From Cirrosporium novae-zelandiae (lineage: Eukaryota), in NCBI GenBank assembly GCA_026023565.1, contig JAPETS010000006.1, positions 558,001 through 622,000 of the forward strand: DNA of 64,000 nt, written 5' to 3'. This document shows, in pieces, positions 25,723 through 38,600 of the stretch. The notes beneath the pieces are model-generated. The model worked only from the letters and a program-made list of their open reading frames with translations, was not told where the DNA came from and searched no databases. A program made the position numbers and the translations under genes. Every line of letters starts with the position of its first letter. Position 1 is the first letter of the stretch.

Positions 25723-26882
25723 ATGAACGAAATCGACGACATCCTCGCATCCGTCGACCGCGATGCCATACCTCAAGAAACACGCGATCTCCAAGCTCTA
25801 ACCCGTGCCTGGGTTTCGGAGCGATGTGCGCCGGAAGTGTTGCCATGGCCTACGGAGCTTATGGATAGGGTTATGGGGAGGGTTAGGAGACAGGTAGGTA
25901 GCTGATTTGGTTGATTATGTTTTTTTTATTTTTTCGGTGTTGAGATGTTGCCCGCTGAAGCAACGCCGCTATGATGATGAATGATATATGTATCAACCAC
26001 CAGAAAAACCAACATACACATTCATTTATTCGTCCTCCCCCCACAATATAAACACAAAAAAGCAAAAAAGAAGAAAAAAAGCTAACCTCCCCCCTCCTCC
26101 CCCCCCCACTCTAGATCGAAAAAATCGAAGACCTAACCGCCTCCACCACCGCCACGCCCTCAAGTACCTTCCCACTAATAATTCTCCAAACCGATCTCTC
26201 CCGCGTCCAATTCCTAGTCCGCTCGTACCTTCGAACACGTCTTTCAAAACTCTCGAATCATGCGTTGTTTTACCTTACGACGACTACTACTACTACTACT
26301 ACTACGGCACAGCAGCAGCAGCAGCAGCAGGGGAGGGGTGGGGGATACAATAATAATAATGATTACGATGAAAGTGAGAGTGGGGGGAGCGTAACACCTA
26401 TGCAAGCTACTGCTACTGCTACTACTAGTGAAGGACAAGAAGAAAGAAGTCAAGATAGCTACATGACCACCACCCCCATTTCCACTTCCACAACCACAAA
26501 TACAACAACACAAACTCCAGCACCAATCCCCTTCCCTAACAACCCCCCCCTCCTCTCCCCCCCCGAACGAACCTTCCTAACCACCCACCAATCCCTCCTC
26601 TACACCCTCTACCGCGACAGTTTCCTCTCCTCCTTACCCGAGGCCCTCCGTCGTCTCGATGATAAAGTGGGCGGTGTTGGGATGGGTATGATTGAGGGTC
26701 CGGATGTTGATAAGGCGGTTTTTGTTAGGGTTTTGAGGGATGAGGGGGGTGGATATGGAGGGGTTGGGGGGGAGGGGGAAGGGGAAGGGGTGTTGGAGGG
26801 GACTAGGAGGGGGGATGTTATTGTTAGGAGGTGGAGGGAGGTTAGAGGGGTTTGGGGGATGGGGGGGGTGGAGTTGGTTTGA
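25723..26882 (+). CDS. SLD5: GINS complex subunit Sld5; exons 25723-25893, 26115-26882
   Basis: DLQALTRAWVSERCAPEVLPWP, ILQTDLSRVQFLVRSYLRTRLSKL, FLSSLPEALRRLDD...MIEGPDVDKAVFVRVLRD...G.VELV. Confidence 0.92.
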
Positions 26883-27373
26883 GGTTTGAATGAGGAGGGG
26901 GGCTGTTATAGATGTTTTCGGGGTGGGATGTCTACGTGAGTACAGTAGCTACTACAGCAATGTATGTGTGGATATCATATCCACATCCATCCCCATCCCC
27001 ATCCCATTTCAAACCAAGATCCCCATTCCCATATATAAGAATAAGCATGTATGGAATGGAATCCCTGAACCGTCCCTTCCAAAAAAAAATTTCTTTTATT
27101 TTGAACATATTTTATTCTAGCTCTAGCTAATAATCCAAAACAAACACAACACTAGACGAGGAAGTTTTCAAAACCACATTTAACCATTCCTAGGAAGCAG
27201 TTTTTTTTTTTAAAAAAAAAAATAGGTGTGGAGATGTTAATGTATATGAAGGATGAAATAGATATACTGATTTTATAGCTATATGTAATTATGCCTTACT
27301 AGTTACATCTTTTAGAGACCCCCTACACATTATCTATTAGTTTATTAAACTTTACCATCATATTCATATTCAT

Positions 27374-27523
27374 TATTACGGTTCCCTATTAGGTTAGGCC
27401 CTAGGGCACATGCCCTAAGCCCACCTTATAAGGTGGGCTTTCTACTTTAACTTAGAACATCAACCAATACATATCACACCAAGCTACCCCTAGATAATAA
27501 GCATTATCCTAGGAGACGTAACA
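27374..27523. mobile_element. Solo LTR (150 bp) of an LTR retrotransposon, apparently RIP-mutated
   Basis: Termini TATTACG (TGTTACG with G>A)...CGTAACA form an inverted repeat. The direct repeat TTCAT flanks both sides (27369-27373, 27524-27528). Internal palindromes and TATAA are present. Confidence 0.75.
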
Positions 27524-28275
27524 TTCATATTCATATTATTTTATACAAAGATAAGGTTTTTTATCTCATAAATAAATAAATATATATCTACGTATACTGT
27601 ACATGTACATAAAAAATACTGAAGTAGATACCCCCGTACTGTATCCCCTTTTTAATAATCTACATAGTATAAGAGTAAGAGTATTTATTTATTTTATCGA
27701 CACCCACCCTCCCCCCCCTTCCCCCCTTCCCCCACACCACCTCTTTCTACTAAATAAAATTTTATGTTTTCAATTTAAAAAAAAAATCGCAAAAAATCAT
27801 TTCATATATTTTAGATAGAGGAGAACGATCTATCTAGGAAGATATGGAAGGAGGAGGAAGAAGAAAACATAAGGTACATTTGGGGGTTTGTTGGGAGAAG
27901 TAGTAGTAGTTTTTGGTAACTTGTGAATTACTTGATTGCTTACTGCATGGGGTAGTATTCGCTAAATGGATTGGACTGGACTGGTCACCTCTCACCTTTA
28001 TATAAGGTGTGTGTGTGTGTGCATTCGAATTTTAGGGAGGGGGTGAGGGTGAGGGTGCCAGAACATACATACATGAGTGCATGTGGGTATGGGGTGGATT
28101 ATTCCCTTCTTTTCTTTTTCAACTGGAATACCAAAGTGTGTTCGTTGGGGTAATACGGGAAGGGGGAGAAAGAAGCAGAAATCCAAGGCCATTTCAGGTA
28201 CTTATCACATCAACATCATCACATCAGCTATCATTCGTAAAAAGTGTCATGAAAACTAACGGGAAGGAGGTTCAG

Positions 28276-31147
28276 TTAAGCTAGGTATCTATAGGCGGGA
28301 AGCTCCGCGTCTTCCACACGTTCTAGGTATTCTCGTTCGATGAGACTTTCGATTCGTTTCTTTACCATGTTGATGTCTGGGGAGAAGCGAGATGCTAGTT
28401 GTGTGATGACTTCGGCTAGGAGCTGTTGATGTTGGAGTTCCTTGCGTTGTCTGGGGGGGTGTTAGTTTTGTGGGAAAAGTTTGGGTTGGGGAAGAAGAGG
28501 GTTTTTGCTTATTTGACTTACTTCATGATTCTAACTACCGCGGCTTCGATGGCTCCATTTCGTCCTTCATCTCGTTTTTGTTGTGTTGCTTTCCTTTCTT
28601 CGGGGGCTTCAACTCTGTTCCCGGAAGCTACAGCACAAATTTTTATTTTTGCGAATTGACTATAGAAACTTTCATTGAATCGGAATTTATCAGTGGTGTC
28701 GATTTCCTTGCTCATTGGCTCTTTTATCAAAACTCGAGTTTTTGGAGCAACAGCTAGAGATTGAAGATTTCTAATGAGAGCATTCGCTGGTATGTTAGTT
28801 TCGGCTTGTATCTCTTGGAATGTAAGGCTCTGATCTGATTCTAGGTCGTTAAAGAGTAAGAGGATAATCATGGCATATGTTGTGACATTAAGTTCTCGCC
28901 TCTGTTCTTTTCCTTTAGCTTTTGGGAATGTTGCTCGGATATCAGCTGTGCCCATTGTCGGTTGCCAGGTAAGACGTCGTCCGTTATACTTCTTCAAGTA
29001 GAATGTCTCAAAGGCTTGCTTAATCCTCTCCACTTCAGGCGGATATCGACATTGTGGTTGGTCTTCTCCAACATCATGCATCATAATTTCAACCGGCCAC
29101 ATTGTATTTGTCAAGATATGAGCGTCAAGTTCAATCCGTGCTGGATCCGGATCACCAAGGTTTGTGACATATTTCTTGTAATCCTGGGTGAGGTCTGTAG
29201 ATGTCTTCATGTCTTTGAACATGGACTCCAATTTCTGAGTAAAACTGTTTCCAACTTCCATCTTCATCTTGGCAATCATCTGTTGTTCCGCATCCATACT
29301 GACTGACCGCTTCATAAGTAGCCGTCTAGCAAGATGCCTCTTGTAGTACATTTCAAACATATCTTTGTCTGAGATATATCGCAATAGTGTTATACCTTTA
29401 TCAAGAAGCTCGTCAACTTCCATTTCTGTCTTTCCTTTAAGTCCTTTCTTGAGGTTCTCATCAAAAAAGAGAGAAAGATATTCAGAAGCTCTTTGGAAAG
29501 CATTCACAAATTCTGTAAAGCTTTGAGATAGCGTAGCCTGCATCCCTTGATCCTTGTCGAATGCCGTCTCCCAAATGCTATCATATTGGCTTTTTAAGCG
29601 GATGATTTCATCTACCCATGTAATAGCAGCGGAGTTTTGCTGATGAGCAGCTTTGCTTTCGGAGGGGATCTTAGTCCCATTTTCGGCTTTTTGGTCTTGT
29701 TTAACAGAAGACGCGGTGGCTTGTTGGGGGGCACTTGCAGACTTGTTGATCATCACACCTAGCTCGTAGACACGATTTGCAACCGCTTTTTTGAGGCTGA
29801 CTTTCTGTGGATCAACTCTAGATATGAGCTCGTATACAAATTGCAATTCAATGATCTGGTTATTATCAAGCATATGTTTAACCCCACTACCCTCCATTTT
29901 GATAACTTCCTCAATGTTTCTTCGTATCATCTCGTCATCAATAACCGATTTGATACTGTTCTCCGTAGTTGTAGTGAGCATAGATCGGCATCTTTCAGCT
30001 TCCTCGGTAAGACGTCTTCGAACCTGTCTGCAGTATGCAGGAGCATTTCCTTGTCGAAGAAGAGTTGCACCTTCATTCTGATAGAATAGTCGACTCGCAC
30101 GTAGGAACTCCGGTTCAAATATCTTGAGATAAAGTTTAGTGCTCTCGTGTTCATCCTCAGATTCATATAGGCGTTCCAACATCTGGACACAAGATCGAAT
30201 GAGTGTCTTGTCAATGACATCGCCTTCACGCTCCATTCTGATCTGATCTAGGATGACATTTATGACCAGTGTGAAAACAGTAATCCCGGCGTCAGGTACG
30301 ATAGAGGACAATAGGATTTGGTCACGGAAAAGTGCCATACAGGCGGGGTAGATGGACGGCTTTCGTGCATCATGGCAGTATACACGATCCTACAGGAATC
30401 TGTCAGTATTGATGTTACAGTAAAGTAGAAATTGAAAAGAAAGGGTATCGAAAAGAACTAAGGAGCTGAGGGTACACTGACCAGATACATCAATACATCG
30501 GTAATGAGATTCATACACAGAGTGTGGTCGTCCCATGCTTCAGTCACACCTTTGAGAAGCCTCTCACCTGCTGCTCTCCTTTCATTCGTACTAGCTGTAG
30601 GAACGCTACCTTGTATTTCAGTGATAAGCGTAGTTGAAAGAAGGGAGCGAATACGCTCAAGTATTTGGGTCTTCAGCCAGTCGGATTCCCATTTTTTTAC
30701 ATCATCGTAAAACTGCCCGCCATTCTTTTTTAGCACGATACGATACGCTGTTCTGTAGAGTTCTTCGAAGGATAGCTTAGAAGCATTTCGGGTATGAATC
30801 TCTTGTAGAGACCTTGCGACAGCATCCCACGACTTATGATAATCTAACGACTCCGATGAGCCCAGTCCCTGCACGGCGCGGAGCCTAGTAATTAGCATTT
30901 GATGCAGCGACATCATGTAAATAACAAGATGGGTATTGATAACAGAGAAAACTTATTGTGGGTAACTGAGCGAGCCCGTCGACATGAACAGCTTGGAATT
31001 TTTTGGTTGTTTATAAATGAGGTGAAACAAAGATGAGGACGACACTCATAGTCATTGAGAAAATAGAATATATCGTTGTTGATGGGCTATATGGTAAAGA
31101 CTTACACGGCGAGGTGCCCTGATCTTTCCTCTACGATTTGACATCAT
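28276..31147 (-). CDS. CUL3: Cullin-3; introns 31105-30869, 30481-30390, 28521-28451
   Basis: [66 protein letters not shown], and [13 protein letters not shown] (neddylation site). C-terminal [12 protein letters not shown]...YRYLA. Confidence 0.95.
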
Positions 31148-31680
31148 CTTGAAGCGCTTTTTGGTGTATTGTTGCTTGGGGATATTCGAAGTGTGATGTT
31201 GGTTGGACCGTTTATGGGGTGCGTTGGCCTTAATAGTTGGCGATCGTTGTGTTGGAAGTTCAGAGGTGCGATAGTAAGGAAATGTTCGATATTGAATCAT
31301 GGCACCGACGGGGGCGGCTGCAGGCCTATAGAGAGATCTAATAGCAAGAAGAGCACCCAGGCTCAAACATCAGCCTGAAACTGATACGGAGTCCCGAGTG
31401 CCAGTGATAATAGTTAGATAAATATGTGTTTGATGCTCCTCTCTTCATTGTCAAAGAATTTGGAGTTCTACAAGATTCCAATTACAAAGTATGCGGAGGT
31501 GTATCGGGGGAACTTACCAGCCAAGGGCAAACTCCCGCGTTACAGTGATCCCGCCATATGACGTCCTGCTAAAAGACCCGCCTTCCAGAGCTTATTTTAC
31601 AGATACACCATAGAGTTCCGTGCTCCGCTACCAATTCTCCAACCCTTTCTTTACAATGAAAAAATAATAATAATAATACA

Positions 31681-32294
31681 ATGGAGACATCGATTAGGAT
31701 TCTGCGACCCTTTATAAGGCTACAATTAGCTGTCCCTAAGGGCTCTACTCCAAGATTATTTGCCAGAAATCTACATATCCGACCATCCGTCCTTCCTCTC
31801 CGAGCTTGTCAGCCCCTCCTTAAACCACAATCCCCCGTTCAAGTGCATACGACGCGGAACAATTCTACTGCCCCAGCGCAGGGGCTTTCAAATCTAAATA
31901 GCCAAAAATCCAATAAGTCGCCTTCACGACAAGAACAGGAACCTGCATACGAACTTACTTTCACCTGCAAACCATGCGGATCACGGTCTTCTCATCGTAT
32001 TTCGAAACAAGGCTATCATAAAGGAACCGTTCTTATTACTTGTCCGGGCTGTAAGAATAGACATGTTATTAGTGATAACCTCAAGGTAAGAATGTTTATT
32101 CCCAGGACCACATCAATCATCTTAACAGGTATGCTGATCGAAATTTGCAGATATTTTCAGACAAGTCGGTGACCTTCGAGGAATTGATGAAGACAAAGGG
32201 ACAGTTAATTAAAAAGGGAGCACTAGATACAGAATCGGATCTTGAATTATGGGAGGATGGCACCACAACGGCACATAAGGCACCAGGTTCTTGA
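31681..32294 (+). CDS. ZIM17: Mitochondrial Hsp70 escort Zim17/Tim15 (DNL zinc finger); exons 31681-32085, 32151-32294
   Basis: FTCKPC...[31 protein letters not shown]; Arg-rich N-terminal presequence. Confidence 0.92.
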
Positions 32295-32656
32295 GGAATA
32301 TATGTGAATATGAAGGAGATTTATGAGCTCGATGAATTATATCACATGTTGATGGCTCTGGAGAATGATGCCTTTATTAAGTATGTCCCTAGTCTTCTAT
32401 ACAGCCCCTACAATTGTGTTTTCCTGGTGGTTCTAGCAAGAGGATACCATTGAGAATTTTGCGATGAATTAGACAATTTAGAGTGAACCTTATCTATTGG
32501 GGTGTCATCTTAATTAAATAGGAAATTGTACAAAATTCCGGTTTAACAGCATCCATCCAACCCTTAAATAACCAACTTTTCATCCATAGCTCCTTAGAAT
32601 CCTAGAAATTTGTTAAATATGAAAACAAAATCCATCAAAGAACAACAGACACTTAG

Positions 32657-35600
32657 TTACCAGCCCCGCCGTTTCGATCTATGGTCAGCACTCTTCTCTT
32701 TCCGCCTCTCCTTCTTTCTCTCACCCTTCTTCTTTTTCTCCAAGCCAGCCTTTTCTGGGTCGGCGACAGCCTCGATCCTTCTTTTCGTACGTCTTCCCTC
32801 TCGTCTAGCCTTGACATCTGCTTTCACCCTAGCGTAAGCATTCACAAACTCGGTTGTTCCGACCTTCTTTTGGATCAAACTCAAGGCCTCTTGACTATTT
32901 GATACCAACGTCTTGTATGCATTATTAAGGCTATCATCTGACGAATGTGGTGCAGGGATAGATGGATCAGTGAGATTATGAAGGGGTAGGAGTATTGTGG
33001 ATAACGAAGGCGAGAGAGATGCTGCAGGAAGATGGTTGCATAAGGCAGCTATAACTTGCAGACAGGCGGTTTTTGGTATCAAGGAGGGAGCCCGAGTGGT
33101 AAGCGTTTCTCGCCGGAGGATAGCTGATACCCGTTCAAAAAGATGCTGAAGAGCAGAGCGTTGTTGGTCTAGTTGTACTAGGTTTTGTTGATCATCATCG
33201 CCTTGTTCGGCTTCCATTTCTTCAGTGTCTGCGAATTTACTCGCCACATCACTTGGTTTCCATTCTAGCCCATTGACACCAAAGCATCGTCCTAGAAACA
33301 CTAGGTTACGTACAGTTTGGGTTGCAAGTTCCTGACTGATCCCTGAAACCTTGAGGTTTCTCACACTAGCAGACAGAACATCGACCATGGTGGTTTCGTC
33401 GAGGACTAACCCAGCTATTCCAAGGAGTGGAATATCCTGTAAGCCCAATTCACTATTGGCTCTTGCAAAATCAGCAAAGACTAAGCCTATAAGCCTAGCA
33501 GCTGTAAGCTTTACCCAGGCATGTGGAAAGGAAAGGCGATCCCGGATGCACATCCATAATTCTTGGTGTTGGCTGGAAAATATCAAGCTCGGGAGAAGTC
33601 GACAGGCTGTGGCAATGAGATCCATTGCGAAATATATCTCTTCCCATCCGAAATCTTCAGATACATCATTATCTCGACAGATAAGAAATGTGGTGCGAGA
33701 GAGAACTTTGTTCCATTCTTTCTCTCCTTTCGACCCAACGGCTTCAAAATATAAGCGATACACCTGGAGGCTTGCTCTAAGTAAGGGCGGATTTTCATCC
33801 TGCTCGAACCAGGTTCGGAGAAGCCCTAAGAAAGTTTGGGTCCGCTCCCCGTCTGCCTTTTCGAAGGCTTCCTTAATTATCGCACCGGCCATTTCTCTAC
33901 ATACATTCGACTCATCGTTAACCAAGTTCATTATCAGTGGCACAAATAGGGTTCCAATAATGTCCTGGGATATTTCCTTGTCACCAAGTTCTCTCAGAAG
34001 TTGGTGGATAGCTTCCATGATTGATTGGCGGCCCTCTGGATATTTATAATTGAGATTCTTGACTAGAAACGCTAGCTGCTTCGATAATCGATCTTGACCT
34101 TGTGGGTAATTCATTAAGAATTGAACGTAGATACCTCGTGTAAGGTCGCGTGTACTGCGAGTCTGGTTTGTAACCATCATAGCCGCAATCTGCTCCAAGA
34201 CCTCATACACCTCTGTGATAATTATTTTCCGACCTAATACAGCTTTCACGAAATTGAAGACGGCACCCTGCCGATCTGGTTCGTCAAGATCAGTCTTTAG
34301 TCTCTTCAGAAGATAGGCCACATCGGGCTCTCTTATCGTAAAACTCTTGCGCTCACGAAGTATGGCACTGACTAACTTCAGAGCCGCCTGACAAATTTCA
34401 GATGTGATGGACGGTGATGCTTTGATCAGCCCAACTGCCTCTGCAATATAGACATTTGCATTACGATCAAGCTCAGGAAGAGGAATCCGTATTATAGTGG
34501 CCAGCAAGCGCAAGGCTGAATTTTTCACTTCTTCTTGAGGATGAACCAGAGCATCTCCGATCATCGGCAGGAAGCCTTTGAGGTTGGAAGGTGTCATTAG
34601 AGGCTTATGTTTATTCAATATAGACCGTAATACATCGAGCGAGAAGCGGATAAGCTTATAAGTGTAAGCGGTTGTGCTAGCACGACCACGGTTCTCCTTG
34701 GTACTGTTGAAATTGACTTCAAAGCGCTCTCTCCAGGCATCTTTCTTCGAGCGAGTCGGCTCTATGCGTGACTCCCCTTGCTGGCTTTCTCGAACGAGCT
34801 CATAACAGAAGATAAGAATGTCTCTGTTCTGCACAACTAGATTCTGGAAGATACCAACACCGATCCGCCGCAATAGCTCATCAATCTTTTTTAGAATCTT
34901 GTCATTGACCTTTTCCTGTAGTAGATTTTTTATAGGTCGAACCAAATGAATAAGGTTCTGAATGCTGACCGACTTGGCTAGAAGTTCAACTGAATCAAAG
35001 CTCTTATGACTTTTGACTTCCTTCATTTTGCTAATGTAATCTTCAGCGTCTTTCTCTTGTCCGGTAGCCCCGAATATATCATCAAGAATTATTGTGACAA
35101 CGTCGGCTAAGTCCTGATCAAATTCTCCAACATTAGTAGTGTTGCAAATTCGCACTAGAATCGCATGAAGGGTAAAGCCAAGCACATGGAGCTGATAGCC
35201 TCTTTCTAGCGAAGCTCTTAGCTCTTTTATTAAGAAACCGAGATAAGATGGTCCGATAATCAATGCGATATCAGCAAGGCTTTTCCTTGCAGCATCTCGA
35301 GCTTCTTGAGCTCTACTGCGCAGGATCTGACAGATATCTGTGAGTATCGGTGGTAGATACTGTGTTATTTGGGGTTGAGGAAGGAGAATGATTAACTTGA
35401 CTGTGGAGATAGCTAGCGGAACTCGAAGGCTAACTTCGGATTCATCCTTCAGGTGTATATAGTTTGTTAGTCGAGGTATTATTTTGGCTATTAGCTCCTC
35501 TGCGAGCTTTTCTGGTCGAGGACTACTCAACGAGAGCAGCGTCTGAATGTCTGGGGAGTCACTAGCACCTTGCATCTCGACATCCTGAGGTTGTACAACT

Positions 35601-38600
35601 TTGTTCTCATCTTTAGTTATTGTGGTTGCAATGCTCAACGCATCGAACACACTTCCCAAGAGTCTAATATTGATTTTTACCATCGTTGGGTTACTCTCAA
35701 ATTGGTTCATATAACGCTTGACCGTGGCTCTAAACTGCGGCCACTGTAACCACTGTGCAAGGCATTTTATAGTAGAGATGGTTTCACCAGCTAGATTATG
35801 TGCGCCCTCATCTTCTCCTCTATTAAAAATGTAGTGTTCGATAAGTGGTAGGAGAAGACGACTAATATTGCCGCTCTTAATATGTCCTTGCTGAATCTCA
35901 GTGGATAATCGGCGGAGGGCTCGGAGGCGTCGATGAAGCTGTATATGAAGAATGTTATTGAAAAATGAGGCTTCTTCATCGCCGTCCATCAAAAGACCGC
36001 TCATATCATTGACCTCGTCCCAGGATTTATCAAATTCAACAAGATGACCAAGTATAGAAACGTATTCCATTCGGACAAATTCAGATGACTCTGACATACC
36101 ATTCCGCAGTGAGGGTAGAAGGATAGTCTTAATAGCATTGTTGTAATCTTGAGTGTCATCGGAGGGAGATGCTGCTGCTGCCTCGATAAACTGACGCAAA
36201 CCAAACGAAGAATTTGACCGTATTGCCAGTTCATCGTTATCTCTGACAAAGTAGAGTAAAGTATGGAGGATTGGAAGCCACTGTTTCCCAGAAAGCTTCC
36301 GGAATTGAACCTCGTTGAGTTCATTAAAAGCCTTTAACCGTCGATCAAAGTTTGGTTCATCGAGTCTACCAGAGTCGAAGGAATTCAGATCTGCACACAT
36401 CACTGAGACTTTCGCGAGATATGGGTACTGCTTGGCTAGATTACTCAATACCAAGCACAATGTTTCTCGACTCCCACGATCTCGAAAGTATGAAAATAAT
36501 GCAGAGACAGTAGATATTGTTCTCGTTCCCAAGTTCTCGTTGCAACTAAAATCGTATAGGAGAACAAGGTGTTGTAGGAGCTTGATCAACCCTCCTTTAG
36601 TCTTTGGGCTTACTTTGCTGGCAGGCTCATTGAGAAGGTTCACAGAGATCTCAATGAAAACTTCGGCTTCAGAAGTAGACGATACGAATGGACTCAACTG
36701 AGACGCGGCTTCAATCGTCGATGCTAGAACATCTTTGCTTGGATGTTCTTGTAACACGAAACGGATACGTCTTAGCAATACTTGAAGATGAGGTTCGATG
36801 ATATCTGCACGCACGCGCTTCCAAGTTTCTTTAACGACATTTGAATTGCTTAATTGTGTGCTTTCTTGTGCAAGATGTATAACCGGAAGTATAATGTTAT
36901 CAACGATGAAAAGTTTAACTTCTGTCTTAGCAGAAGGAACTTCTAGGGATTCCGTTATCTTCGCAAATAGACTTGGGTTGTAGTCTACCAAGAAAAATGC
37001 TGTATTGTAGGATAACGACCAAGTTGCGTAGAGCTGCAGCATACCAGATACCCCCTGAGCAGTCTCAATTGGAAAATTATCCAATCGTGGATTTATGACC
37101 TCGTTAAATATATGAGGCAAGTATTGTGGCCAGTTTAGACTGGGACATTGTCGGGAGAGTAAATTAAGGCATTTCACGGAGATCTGCCTGATATTCTTGA
37201 GAATATTTTCTTCCGAACTCGATTCCTCGTTGGTTATCACCCTTTGTCGACTATCCCTAGATTTGCTGGCACTCTTAATGAAACAGTAAAGAACCGGAGC
37301 AATGATCTTATAGGAAAACTTGTCGAAACGTGAGCCCAAAGCCTCAACCATTGAATAAATCATAGAAACTAGACCAAATTGTCTCCTGGTGTTGATCTTC
37401 TCATCCATAATCCACTTCCCTATCTCTTCTGGATCGGCTGGGAATTCCAAATTTTGCAAAGGACCAAGAGCAATATCGATAAACATGGACAGAGTAGAGT
37501 CATCAAAGAGGAACAGGGTCTCTAGAACGGCTTTTCGTTTTGCTTCCTGACCCTGTCCTCGAGCGTGTATACCAGATCTCGATACAACTCTCCCAAAGAG
37601 CAATCGAATCAAAATAGGAAGAATTTCTGGACGATCATCCGTTCGAAGAGTAGACTTTTCCGTATCGCTGACAAAAATAATAGAAAGTTCATCTCGAAAC
37701 ATAGCATCATCAAGAATATGCATTAGATTCTCCTCATACCGATTGATTGCTTGAACTTTCCAGGTAAAGAGTGCACGTAAAGCACATCTTTGTATTTCCA
37801 CATCTCCATTGGTGAGGAGACTCAGTAAAGCCTCACGAACTTCCACGGACCTATATAAGACATTGGGGTTTATAAACTGGGAAAAGACATTCAGCATTGA
37901 TTTCCGATCAACGAGTCTCCATCTGTGTTGCTGGACTTCTCCCTGGATTGTTCCTGATGATTCCGATTCATACTCAACGTCCTGGAAGGATATATCGTTG
38001 CCATGTAATGCCCACGAAAGGAAAAAAGGAACAAATTGCCGTGACCGCTTCTCAGCCAATTGCGGTAAACCATGAAATACCCTAAGAGCCTGCGACCTCG
38101 ATGTATCAGGCACTAATGGCAGGAGTTGATGGGCTGTCACAAATTTTTCTTCCAATTTCCTCCGTGCGTTCACCATGTTTTCAAAGCTCTGTTGTATGAT
38201 ATCCTGGTAGCATAGGACATCGTTATCCTCAAATGGTGTAGAAGAGTATCGTTTACCGTCACTAGTTGGTGGATCGTGACATGGTTTGAAATGTATCTGG
38301 CCCTCGAGCCACGCAAAAGCTACTTCGGAGACAATGGCTTCTCCAACCTTGGTTTGGGAAATCATTTTCAAGGCTTCTATGGCCTCATCCCACGCTTGAG
38401 CTAACTTGAGACTCAAAAGACCGAAACAGTATTTGGGGACCAATCTTGCAAGGAGCTGATTGGAAGAACAATCCCCATAGAGGGTGCCAAGTCTTCTAAT
38501 GCGCATCGAAATTGTTCGAGCTGTCTGTATATTGATCGGGGACTGTTCAATTGCCAGTGTAGTGGCTACTATTTCAGGAACATTGCCAAATTCTTTCTCC

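Noticed and set aside
25894..26114. Intronic C/D snoRNA in the sld5 intron (ATGATGA at about 25971)
   Set aside because: No downstream CTGA D box or terminal stem
33351..34049. 232-aa antisense ORF within utp20 (and similar antisense ORFs in other genes)
   Set aside because: Shadow ORFs of the coding strand
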